Source of the DNA: Pseudolabrys sp. | GTDB lineage: Bacteria > Pseudomonadota > Alphaproteobacteria > Rhizobiales > Xanthobacteraceae | Direction: 5' to 3' | Assembly: GCA_035546875.1 (NCBI GenBank) | Contig: DASZVZ010000020.1 | Coordinates: 2,371 to 66,370 of the forward strand | DNA length: 64,000 nt | Shown here: piece by piece, positions 39,087 to 49,653 of the stretch | Layout: each line of letters opens with the position of its first letter | How positions within the stretch are numbered: position 1 is the first letter of the stretch | Made by a program: the position numbers and the translations under genes | Notes under the pieces: generated by a model | Database searches by the model: none | The model's input: only the letters and a program-made list of their open reading frames with translations | Told to the model about the DNA's origin: nothing

Positions 39087-40913
39087 CTACGCCATCCACG
39101 GCCGTCGGCGGCGCAGGACCCGAAGAATCCAATAAGGCGAGAACACGACAAGCGCCACCACACCGGTGACGATCCCGAGCAACGGAACGAACAGCCCTCG
39201 CCAGATCGTCCGGTAAAGCCACGCCGTGATCGGACGCAAGGCGCGCGCCACGATGTTGCGCCAATCCGTCGCCGGCTGCGCGGAGGGCTCGAGATGCTTG
39301 TGCGCCGCCCAGGCCCATTCGGCGAGAACCTCGATCCGCCGCTCGAGTTTCGGCGACCAGCCGAAGAACGACCAGGCAAGCAGCGCCAGCGAGACGATTC
39401 CGCTCAAGGGATATTTCCGGAAGGACGGCACCGTCGGGCTCGCCCAGCCGGGCAGCAGCGCGCCGACATGATCGAGCAGCCAGTTCCATGCAGCGGCAAT
39501 CATGCCGGTCAGTGTCGCACCGAGCGCCGCCGTGACGAACGACCAAAGCCAGCCGAGGATCGCCTCGGTGGTTCCCAGGATGCATTCCGGCCAATCAAAC
39601 ACGAGACGGAGCACAAACAGGCAGACGAATGCGCTCAACGCGAGTGTCGTGAAGTACGCAAGGCGGCGCCACCACACCAGGTCCCACGCATTCTCCATCG
39701 CCACGGTGTCGGCGGGAGGCTGCCTTGCGCCGCCCACACTGAACGGGCAGTCGAGGCTGACCGGCTCGTAATCACGCCGCCGCGCCGCAATTCGCTCGAA
39801 GGCCGCGGGATGGACACGTACGACCGGCACCGTGACGCCGTGATCGACATCGTCGCACAGCGCGCCAACCTGGCGCGGCCCGTAGCGGTAATAGCCCGCG
39901 ACGCCCGATCGTGAATCGTATTCCTCGCCGTCCGGATTGACGCGCGCGGCGATTTCATCGCGCGCCCATTTGTCGTAGCGAAGTCCGGCCTTCTCCGCTT
40001 CGTCCATCATCCATTTGAGCGAGGTGAACGCCAGACCGTCATCCGGATAGCCGCCGCCGATATTGGCATGCACGCCGGCGAACCAGACCTGCTGAATCCG
40101 ATCGGCGCCGATGATCTTCTGCTTTGCCGCGTCGTCGGGATGGCGGCGATCCTTGATCACTTCATTCCACAACACCGGCCGGAACGTCGGGCGCTCGTCG
40201 TCGAGCGACAAGGCGTGGCGCATCACCAGCAGACGGTCGGACGGGTCGCGATCCGCAAAGCTCATCGGCCAGACCCATTCGTCGATCGCGAGCTTGAGCT
40301 CGTCGACCGGCATGGCGTAGGCATCGACGGTGTCCCAGACGCCGAGGAAACGGATGTCGGGGAATATCTGCTCGCAGCCGACGTCCGACAAATCGACCAC
40401 GGGCGAAGGATTGCCCGCTTCGTCGGGAATGTATTTCGGCGAGCGCAGGATGCGGTGATAGATCATGTGGCGGCGCTTTGACGCGCGCAGCAGGTAGTCG
40501 CGGCGATAGGCCTCGTACGCCATCTGCACACAGTCGACGAGCTGCGCCTCGCTGCGCGCCTTGACGATGCCGCACTTCCCGATCAGTCCCATCACCAGGC
40601 GGATGGTGAAAGCGCCGCGGCTGAAACCGAAGCCGTAGATCAAATCGCCGAGCTCGAAGTTGCGGCAGACGAAGGTGTAAATGTCGCGCACGTTCTTCCA
40701 GACGCCGATGCCGAGCGCACCGCCGAGCGCGGCGATCGGCTTGAAGTTTTCCGTGCCGACGCCGTTGTCGTAGAAAACGAGTTGCGGCGCATCCTTGCCG
40801 TTGACCGGCGGCTTGATGTCGACCGCCTGATACAGCCGCCACACGTTCGTCTTGAACGGACTTGCCGCGCTGTTGCCGGTGCCGTCGGACAACAGGACGA
40901 TGTTTTTGGCCAC
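39087..40913 (-). CDS. DUF2235 alpha/beta-hydrolase domain protein with a C-terminal polytopic membrane domain
   Basis: NIVLLSDGTGNS start and GFSRGA nucleophile elbow. The last ~190 aa contain 4-5 hydrophobic helices. Confidence 0.8.
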   Translation of the reverse strand: MAKNIVLLSDGTGNSAASPFKTNVWRLYQAVDIKPPVNGKDAPQLVFYDNGVGTENFKPIAALGGALGIGVWKNVRDIYTFVCRNFELGDLIYGFGFSRGAFTIRLVMGLIGKCGIVKARSEAQLVDCVQMAYEAYRRDYLLRASKRRHMIYHRILRSPKYIPDEAGNPSPVVDLSDVGCEQIFPDIRFLGVWDTVDAYAMPVDELKLAIDEWVWPMSFADRDPSDRLLVMRHALSLDDERPTFRPVLWNEVIKDRRHPDDAAKQKIIGADRIQQVWFAGVHANIGGGYPDDGLAFTSLKWMMDEAEKAGLRYDKWARDEIAARVNPDGEEYDSRSGVAGYYRYGPRQVGALCDDVDHGVTVPVVRVHPAAFERIAARRRDYEPVSLDCPFSVGGARQPPADTVAMENAWDLVWWRRLAYFTTLALSAFVCLFVLRLVFDWPECILGTTEAILGWLWSFVTAALGATLTGMIAAAWNWLLDHVGALLPGWASPTVPSFRKYPLSGIVSLALLAWSFFGWSPKLERRIEVLAEWAWAAHKHLEPSAQPATDWRNIVARALRPITAWLYRTIWRGLFVPLLGIVTGVVALVVFSPYWILRVLRRRRPWMA

Positions 40914-41016
40914 GGCGCTGCCCCCGCCCCGATAATCCGCTATGCGAGATTGTCGTCCCTATTTCTACAACTTGCAAGGGAAGCCCTGGCGCTGCGGCCG
41001 GTCTAAACGGCGCATG

Positions 41017-41045
41017 AAAAAGCAGCCGCGATTTGCCGCGGCTGC
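41017..41045 (-). terminator. Rho-independent terminator
   Basis: GCAGCCGCG-N6-CGCGGCTGC followed on the minus strand by TTTTT. Confidence 0.75.
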
Positions 41046-41056
41046 TTTGCCATTCC

Positions 41057-41434
41057 TTAGTGGTGGTGGTGCCAATGATGATGGCGGTGCCATCTGCCAT
41101 GCCATCCGCCGCCCCAACCAAAACCGAAGCCGATGACCGGCGGCGCGACGACGACCGGCGGTGCAGCGGCATACACGGGGCCGCTCACGTAGGCGCCGCC
41201 TCCGATATAACTCGCGCTCGCATAACCTACCGCTCCGCCCCAGGCGACGCGGCACCACGAGCCGGAACAGCCGAGTACATCAACCTGCGCGCCCGCCGGC
41301 ATCACGGCAACGACACCGTAACCGGTGCCGGGTCCGCTGCGCAGATTGAGATCGGATTGAACGACCGCCGCATTCGCGATCCCGGCGCCGGCCAGAAACA
41401 CCGCACCCGCCAACATTACCGATTTGAAAGACAT
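41057..41434 (-). CDS. Secreted SH3b-domain protein with a Gly/Trp/His-rich C-terminal tail
   Basis: Signal peptide. LNLRSGPGTGYGVVAVMPAGAQVDVLGCSGSWCRV (bacterial SH3). Tail GFGFGWGGGWHGRWHRHHHWHHHH. Confidence 0.75.
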   Translation of the reverse strand: MSFKSVMLAGAVFLAGAGIANAAVVQSDLNLRSGPGTGYGVVAVMPAGAQVDVLGCSGSWCRVAWGGAVGYASASYIGGGAYVSGPVYAAAPPVVVAPPVIGFGFGWGGGWHGRWHRHHHWHHHH

Positions 41435-41569
41435 GGTTCCTTTCCTTTGAATCGAAGCGCGCCCCGCTCTCTCCTTCGTCAACGGACAAGCGCCGCATTT
41501 CCGGGCGCGACCCATTGTCACCCGGCAAGCGCCGTGCCTTAAGCTCGCGCAACGCAAGGTCGATTCGAC

Positions 41570-42352
41570 ATGTCCGGCGCTCCAAACATTCTCGTGTTCG
41601 ATTCCGGCCTCGGCGGTCTCACCGTCTTTCGGGAGATCACCCATGTTCGGCCCGACGCGCATTTCATTTACGCAGCGGACGACGCCGCTTTTCCCTACGG
41701 CGCGCTTGACGAAGACGCGCTGATTGCGCGCGTGCGCAAGGTCGTCGGTGAATTGATCGAGCAGTATCGGCCGAACATCGTGGTGATCGCGTGCAACACA
41801 GCTTCCACACTCGCGCTCGGTGAGCTGCGCGCAAAATTCAGCGTGCCCTTCGTCGGCACGGTGCCGGCCATCAAGCCCGCCTGCGCGCAATCGAAATCGA
41901 AACTCGTGACAGTGCTCGGCACGCAAGCGACCGTCGGCCGCGAATACACCCGCGCGCTGATCCGCGAATTCGCCGGCGCGTGCGACGTGAGCCTCGTCGG
42001 CTCGGCGCATCTTGCGGCCTATGCGGAAGCCGAGCTCAACGGCAATCCGGTGGACGACAAGGAGATCGCGGCTGAGATCAAGCCTTGCTTCGTGCTCGAC
42101 GACAAGCGGCGCACCGATACGATCGTGCTCGCCTGCACGCATTACCCGTTGCTGTTCGAGCGCCTGCGCAAGAACGCGCCGTGGCCGGTTTCCTGGGTCG
42201 ACCCGGCGCCGGCGATCGCGCGGCGCGTGGTCGACCTCATCGGGCCTTCGCACGGGCATCATGGAGCGACGCAATGGCGCCTCGTCTTCACGTCCGGCAA
42301 GACGCCCTCTGCCGCGCTGTCGCGGGCTCTGCCCCACTACGGCCTCCACTAG
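41570..42352 (+). CDS. murI: Glutamate racemase
   Basis: FDSGLGGL, ACNTAS and CTHYP motifs. Confidence 0.95.
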   Translation: MSGAPNILVFDSGLGGLTVFREITHVRPDAHFIYAADDAAFPYGALDEDALIARVRKVVGELIEQYRPNIVVIACNTASTLALGELRAKFSVPFVGTVPAIKPACAQSKSKLVTVLGTQATVGREYTRALIREFAGACDVSLVGSAHLAAYAEAELNGNPVDDKEIAAEIKPCFVLDDKRRTDTIVLACTHYPLLFERLRKNAPWPVSWVDPAPAIARRVVDLIGPSHGHHGATQWRLVFTSGKTPSAALSRALPHYGLH

Positions 42353-42565
42353 AAAAGCCGCTGTGGGGCGATTTGACACCCCGGCCCGATCCCCCTAAAA
42401 AGCCCGCGCTGCGCGGGGGTTTAGCCCCCGCGCCGTGTTTCGCACCCGCGGTTTTGTTGGTTTTCGCAAGTCTTTGCGCTTTGGCCTCAAAACCTGTCGG
42501 TTCCGGGAAATCCGGGACAGAGGAGGGCGCGGTTCCTCAACCGTAACGTCAGTCAAGAGGACGCG

Positions 42566-43183
42566 ATGACCAAGCGCCATGAAGCCAAGTACAAGCTCGA
42601 CCGCCGTATGGGCGAAAACGTCTGGGGCCGCCCGAAGAGCCCCGTTAACCGCCGCGAGTACGGTCCCGGCCAGCACGGCCAGCGCCGCAAGAGCAAGCTC
42701 TCCGATTACGGCGTGCAGCTCAAAGCCAAGCAGAAGCTGCGCGGCTACTACGGCAATATTTCCGAGAAACAGTTTCGCGGCATCTATCAGGAAGCCCGCC
42801 GCCAGAAGGGCGACACCGGCGCGCACATGATCGGCCTGCTCGAGCGCCGTCTCGACGCGATCATCTTCCGCGCCAAATTCGTGCCGACGGTTTTCGCCGC
42901 GCGCCAGTTCATCAGCCACGGCCACATCAAGGTGAACGGACGGCGCGTGACCATTCCGAGCTTCCGCGTCAAGGTCGGTGACGTGATCGAGGTCAAGGAA
43001 AAATCCAAGCAACTCGCGCTCGTGCTCGAGGCGGTCGCGCTCGCCGAACGTGAGGTACCTGATTACATCGATGTCGACGCGAGCAAGCTCACCGCCAAGC
43101 TCACGCGCATCCCTGCGCTCACCGACGTGCCCTACGCGGTAATGATGGAGCCGCACCTGGTGGTCGAATACTACTCACGCTGA
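42566..43183 (+). CDS. rpsD: 30S ribosomal protein S4
   Basis: 205 aa, canonical S4 sequence. Confidence 0.97.
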   Translation: MTKRHEAKYKLDRRMGENVWGRPKSPVNRREYGPGQHGQRRKSKLSDYGVQLKAKQKLRGYYGNISEKQFRGIYQEARRQKGDTGAHMIGLLERRLDAIIFRAKFVPTVFAARQFISHGHIKVNGRRVTIPSFRVKVGDVIEVKEKSKQLALVLEAVALAEREVPDYIDVDASKLTAKLTRIPALTDVPYAVMMEPHLVVEYYSR

Positions 43184-43220
43184 CGCAAGCGGGCGGCTGC
43201 CCGCGCCTGCCACAAAATGC

Positions 43221-43251
43221 AAAACCCCGTCTCAGTGAGGCGGGGTTTTTG
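43221..43251 (+). terminator. Rho-independent terminator
   Basis: AAAACCCCG...CGGGGTTTTT. Confidence 0.8.
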
Positions 43252-43399
43252 CTGCGCGCTGTCCACCCAATCCTCACTATCAACAGGCTTCCGGAAAATT
43301 CTCTAATGAAAACAATACCTAATATAGGGGCTCCCTTGTCACAGAAGCCTATATTTAGTAGGGTAGAGTCGCTGAGGAGTGAATCAGGGAGAATCGCTC

Positions 43400-43633
43400 A
43401 TGGATGCTCTGAATCGCGTGAAGTCTTGGATCGGCTCGCTGACGGAAATCGGCCTGATGCTGCTGGCTTTCGCCATCGTGGCCTCCCTTCTCGTGGGAGC
43501 CCAACTGCCGTTCTTCGGCGGGGTGGTCGCCAATATCGTCGCGCTGATCAAGGAGTTGGGGTCAAACGGTCTCGTAGGGCTCATCGCCCTCGGTATCATC
43601 CTCTGGTTGTTCTCTAAACGCTCGATGGCCTGA
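43400..43633 (+). CDS. 77-aa two-helix membrane protein, unknown function
   Basis: ATG 43400 with GGGAGA SD 8 nt upstream. Paralogous to 43809..44045. Confidence 0.55.
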   Translation: MDALNRVKSWIGSLTEIGLMLLAFAIVASLLVGAQLPFFGGVVANIVALIKELGSNGLVGLIALGIILWLFSKRSMA

Positions 43634-43686
43634 CCGGGCGGCGAGCGATCTGGTAGCGCCGGCGTTCGACATCGCACGCCGGCCAT

Positions 43687-43716
43687 ATTGGGTGGGGACA
43701 ACCCTCCCCACCCAAT
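43687..43716. repeat. Perfect 12-bp-stem hairpin ATTGGGTGGGGA-N6-TCCCCACCCAAT
   Basis: Read directly. Lies between the two paralogous mini-genes. Confidence 0.7.
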
Positions 43717-43808
43717 TATCCCCTGCGGCGCGAGTCCGAACTTAGTACCGGTTTTCGGAAACGATTTTGCTTGCGCGAGGTACGGGTGACCGCGCCATCA
43801 TAGGTGCC

Positions 43809-44045
43809 ATGATGGACATTCTCGATAAGACCAAGCGTTATCTGTGGACGTTCATCGAGCTCGGCTTTGCCGCCGTGCTCGCGATCATGCTGATCTACCT
43901 GATCCTCGGGCAGAGCTCGGGCGTGTTCGTGTTGTCGGTCGCCGACAATGTGACAAAATTCGCCAATGCGGTGCCGACGCCAAGCCTGGTCGGGCTCGGG
44001 TTGATCCTGGCGCTTATCTACCTGATCGTGAACCGGCTCAAGTAA
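43809..44045 (+). CDS. 78-aa two-helix membrane protein, paralogue of 43400..43633
   Basis: Shared pattern MD.L...K....E.G...LA...L.G...F...VA.N...LVGL...L...R. Start at 43809 or 43812. Confidence 0.5.
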   Translation: MMDILDKTKRYLWTFIELGFAAVLAIMLIYLILGQSSGVFVLSVADNVTKFANAVPTPSLVGLGLILALIYLIVNRLK

Positions 44046-44066
44046 GCCTTCGCGCGCGAGACGGCC

Positions 44067-44405
44067 TCAGGTGTCGGCGCCTGCCCGCACCGCGACGCCT
44101 TTTTCCTTGAGCGTCTGCTGCAATTCACCGGCCTGGAACATCTCGCGCACAATGTCACAGCCACCGACGAATTCGCCCTTCACATACAGCTGCGGGATGG
44201 TCGGCCAGTTGGAATAGGCCTTGATGCCGTTACGCAACTCGTCGGATTCCAGCACGTTGAGGCCTTTATAGGCGACGCCGAGGTGGTCGAGGATCTGCAC
44301 CACCTGCCCCGAAAAGCCGCACATCGGGAATTGCGGCGTGCCCTTCATGAACAGCACGACGTCGTTGTTCTTCACTTCGTTGTCGATGAATTGCTCGATT
44401 GCCAT
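44067..44405 (-). CDS. grxD: Monothiol glutaredoxin (Grx4 family)
   Basis: CGFS active site. Confidence 0.95.
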   Translation of the reverse strand: MAIEQFIDNEVKNNDVVLFMKGTPQFPMCGFSGQVVQILDHLGVAYKGLNVLESDELRNGIKAYSNWPTIPQLYVKGEFVGGCDIVREMFQAGELQQTLKEKGVAVRAGADT

Positions 44406-44513
44406 GGTCTTCTAGGTCCTGTCGGGCGCCCGTTGGGCGATTCACCCCTGCTTGCGGCATATATGTAGCGCAAGTACCGCCGTCACCCCAAGAAATCTTG
44501 CGTTAATACCGGC

Positions 44514-44912
44514 TCATCGCCCGCCAGGCGCGTAAAACGTGCCTTCCACCTCGAAAATATCGTCCTGATTGAGCCTTTTGACCTCGATAATCGTGCGCGG
44601 CGGATACCCCCCGTCCGGCCAGAATTCCTCCTGGACCCTGTTAACGAGCGGCCGGAGTTTTCCCATGTCGGTAACATAGACGACGATGCGCACGCAGTCG
44701 GAAAGCGCCGCGCCTTCCGATGCCGCAACGGTTTTCATGTTCGTGAAAGCCTGCCGTATGCGCGCTTCCTCGCCCGCGACCAAGGTGTTGCTCTGCGGAT
44801 CGATGCCGCGCATTCCGGCAACGAAGACGAAGTCGCCGGCCCGCGCGCCAACGCTCCACGTCCCGGTCGGCGCGATCGCACCCGCCGGCGACAGCAGCCT
44901 GACCGCTTTCAT
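44514..44912 (-). CDS. RidA/YjgF family protein
   Basis: 132 aa, ...GDFVFVAGMRGIDP...RTIIEVKRL. Confidence 0.8.
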   Translation of the reverse strand: MKAVRLLSPAGAIAPTGTWSVGARAGDFVFVAGMRGIDPQSNTLVAGEEARIRQAFTNMKTVAASEGAALSDCVRIVVYVTDMGKLRPLVNRVQEEFWPDGGYPPRTIIEVKRLNQDDIFEVEGTFYAPGGR

Positions 44913-44915
44913 GGA

Positions 44916-45152
44916 TCAGTTTTCCGGCGTGCCGGTCTGCAGCGCGAGCGCGTGCAGGACGCCGCCCATCTGCCCCTTGAGCGCCTCATAGACGAGTTGG
45001 TGCTGTTGCACGCGCGACTTGCCGCGGAACGAGGCGGATATCACCGTCGCCGCGTAATGATCGCCGTCGCCGGCGAGATCGCGGATGGTCACTTCAGCGT
45101 CCGGAATCCCGGCCTTGATCAGTCGTTCGATATCGCCTGCGTTCATCGGCAT
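44916..45152 (-). CDS. bolA: BolA family protein
   Basis: 78 aa, ...GDGDHYAATVISASFRGKSRVQQHQLVY. Confidence 0.9.
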   Translation of the reverse strand: MPMNAGDIERLIKAGIPDAEVTIRDLAGDGDHYAATVISASFRGKSRVQQHQLVYEALKGQMGGVLHALALQTGTPEN

Positions 45153-45319
45153 CGAAGTGCTCCGGGCGCGCCATGGCGCGCGGCGTGGCGACAGAGAATC
45201 CGGTAGAAACTATGATCGGTTTTTTTACGGGTGACAAATGGCCGGCGGTGATAGGCTTTATGCTTGCCAAACCGCCCCATTTTATCTTTTACGGCCGCAG
45301 GCCACGCGAAGGAAATGAA

Positions 45320-45934
45320 ATGCGTGTGACGCCGACCGATCCGTGCGCGCTTCTTTGCCGCTGCATTCTTGCGCTCTCGCTGTGCGCGAGCACAATGCCG
45401 GCTTCCGCGCAGCAGACGGAGCCATCCACGCCGCCGGCGCCGCCAGCCTTCAACAATATTCCGCCGATCACCGCCGCTCCACCGCCGCCTGCGACCTCCA
45501 GCCGCCCGCCGCCGCCCGCCAGCGTGGCGCCACCCGCTCCCGCGGCGACCCAGCCAGCACCGCCACCGGCCGCTCCGAAAGAGACGGCAACGCAGCCTTC
45601 CGCCACGCCGCCGGCGAGTGCGCCTAAAAGCGCGCCCACAAACGCGCCTGCGACGACACCGAAGAGCGCGGTCACCAACGCACCCAAGGACGCAGCCAAG
45701 AACGCACCGAAACCCGCGTCCAAGCCGGCGCCGAAAACTCCGCCGCGGAAGCCCGCGATGTCCGCGCGCGAAGAATACACGCTGCTGATGAACCCGTGCC
45801 GCAACGAGCTTTTGCGTTACTGCCGCACGGTCCGCTTCGGCAACGGCCGGACCGTCGCATGCCTTAAGCGCCACGAAGCCGCGCTCGGCCGCGCGTGCAA
45901 CGCCGCGGTCGCGCGGGCTGCGGCGCGTCTTTGA
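45320..45934 (+). CDS. Secreted Pro/Ala-rich protein with one C-terminal 4-Cys repeat
   Basis: Signal peptide, about 130 aa of P/A/T/S-rich linker, then NPCRNELLRYCRTVRFGNGRTVACLKRHEAALGRAC. Confidence 0.65.
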   Translation: MRVTPTDPCALLCRCILALSLCASTMPASAQQTEPSTPPAPPAFNNIPPITAAPPPPATSSRPPPPASVAPPAPAATQPAPPPAAPKETATQPSATPPASAPKSAPTNAPATTPKSAVTNAPKDAAKNAPKPASKPAPKTPPRKPAMSAREEYTLLMNPCRNELLRYCRTVRFGNGRTVACLKRHEAALGRACNAAVARAAARL

Positions 45935-46151
45935 GAGGGCATACCACGTTCATGGGATGGGTCGGCGTGCGGAACCTTGATTAGGTGCCGGGCGTGTTTG
46001 CGACGCAAACAGCTTTCCGGCAGCGCCCTGCGCTGATTTACCGCGAAATACCGGATGACAAGGGCAGCAAGGCCGATACGATTACAGGCAACGTGAGCTT
46101 CGCGCGGCATAAGGCATCGCGCCGGGCTCGACAAAAAAAGGGGATTCTCAA

Positions 46152-46406
46152 ATGAACGTCCGCGGAATTATCGTCACGCTGCTTGCTCTTGTCGGACTTT
46201 TCTCACTCACGCAGACGCTGCTGGCGCAACCGACAGCGGCGCAGCAGAGCGCGATGCGCGCCAATTGCCGCTCCGATTTCATGTCGAAGTGCTCCGGCGT
46301 CACGCCTGGCACCAAGGATGCGCTCGAGTGCTTGCAAAAGAACGTCGCAGGCCTCTCGCCCAATTGCCAGAAGGCGGTGAGCGCCACGATGTCGGCGAAA
46401 AAGTAG
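46152..46406 (+). CDS. Secreted single-copy cysteine-rich-repeat protein
   Basis: Signal peptide plus AQQSAMRANCRSDFMSKCSGVTPGTKDALECLQKNVAGLSPNCQKAV. Confidence 0.7.
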   Translation: MNVRGIIVTLLALVGLFSLTQTLLAQPTAAQQSAMRANCRSDFMSKCSGVTPGTKDALECLQKNVAGLSPNCQKAVSATMSAKK

Positions 46407-46417
46407 CGGGTTCGGCG

Positions 46418-47383
46418 ATGACATCGAAACTCAACCGCGCAAGCTTCGCGTCGGTGGTCGCCGCGATTGCCGTGACCGCGCTGACGCAGAGCGCCGCCGC
46501 GCAGCTGTCCTCCGCGCAGCAAAGCGCGATGCGCTCGAACTGCCGCTCCGACTTCATGGCAAAATGCTCCGGGGTGACGCCCGGCGGCAAGGAGGCGCTC
46601 GAGTGCCTTCAGCACAACGTCGCGACGCTCTCGCCGGCTTGCAAAAGCGTCGTGAGCACGACGATGGCGGCCCCGGCTGCACCGGCGGCGGCGCCCGTTC
46701 CTGTGGCCGCCGCGGCCGCCCACCCGCCAACCGCCGCACAACAGAATGCGATGAAAAAGTCCTGCCGCTCCGATTTCATGGCGCATTGCTCCGGCGTTGC
46801 GCCCGGCGGCAAGGACGCGCTCGCGTGCCTGCAACGCAACGTCGGCGTCCTGTCGGCGAGCTGCAAGAAAGTTGTCGCCTCGACCATGCCGGGCGCGGCC
46901 GCGCATACGGCGGCGCGTCCTCCCGCCGCCGTGCCTGCACGCGCGGCCGCCGCTCCGGCACCGGCCGCACCGACCGCCGCCCAGCAGAACGCGATGAAGC
47001 AGGCCTGCCGCTCCGACTTCATGTCGAAGTGCTCGGGCGTCGCGCCCGGCGGCAAGGATGCGCTCGCCTGCCTGCAACGTAACGTCGCCGGCCTCTCGCC
47101 GAGCTGCAAACAGGTCGTCGCCTCGACAATGCCGGGCGGTGCTCCGCCCGCGGCTCAGCCCGCAGCGGCGGTCGAGACCGAAGCGGCGCCGAGCGGCGGC
47201 GGCTTCGTGCCCGGCGCCGGCATTATCCTGAAAGCCTGCGCACGCGATCTGCTCATGCATTGCCGCGGGATCGCCGGAAACGGCAAGGCGGTTGCGTGTC
47301 TCAGGGAACGCGAGGCGAGCGGGCACCGCCTGGGTATCCGCTGTGGCATCGCCTTGAAGATGCAGTCGAAGCTGCAGCACTGA
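46418..47383 (+). CDS. Secreted cysteine-rich-repeat protein (three good repeats plus one degenerate)
   Basis: ATG 46418. Repeat AQQ.AM...CRSDFM..CSGV.PGGK.AL.CLQ.NV..LS..CK.VV..TM x3, separated by Ala/Pro linkers. Confidence 0.75.
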   Translation: MTSKLNRASFASVVAAIAVTALTQSAAAQLSSAQQSAMRSNCRSDFMAKCSGVTPGGKEALECLQHNVATLSPACKSVVSTTMAAPAAPAAAPVPVAAAAAHPPTAAQQNAMKKSCRSDFMAHCSGVAPGGKDALACLQRNVGVLSASCKKVVASTMPGAAAHTAARPPAAVPARAAAAPAPAAPTAAQQNAMKQACRSDFMSKCSGVAPGGKDALACLQRNVAGLSPSCKQVVASTMPGGAPPAAQPAAAVETEAAPSGGGFVPGAGIILKACARDLLMHCRGIAGNGKAVACLREREASGHRLGIRCGIALKMQSKLQH

Positions 47384-47418
47384 GCGAGCGTTATCGCCCC
47401 GAGAACCGGCCGGTCCCG

Positions 47419-49629
<2,211 letters not shown>

Positions 49630-49653
49630 GTTATGCGAACTCGGCTTTTCTTA

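Noticed and set aside
39087-40913. DUF2235 protein as a type VI secretion lipase effector (Tle1)
   Set aside because: There are no VgrG, Hcp, PAAR or immunity genes in the window. The protein carries its own multi-pass membrane anchor, which is inconsistent with a delivered effector.
43757-43770. GG-N10-GC spacing (CGGAAACGATTTTGCTT) as a sigma-54 promoter for the second mini membrane protein
   Set aside because: The -12 region is acceptable, but the -24 region (CGGAAA versus TGGCAC) is poor, and no enhancer-binding protein gene is nearby.
45971-45999. GGAAC-N17-CGTG, possible ECF/EcfG promoter upstream of the Cys-rich-repeat genes
   Set aside because: The -10 element deviates from CGTT, and the motif lies more than 150 nt from the next start codon (46152). 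This is too weak to call.
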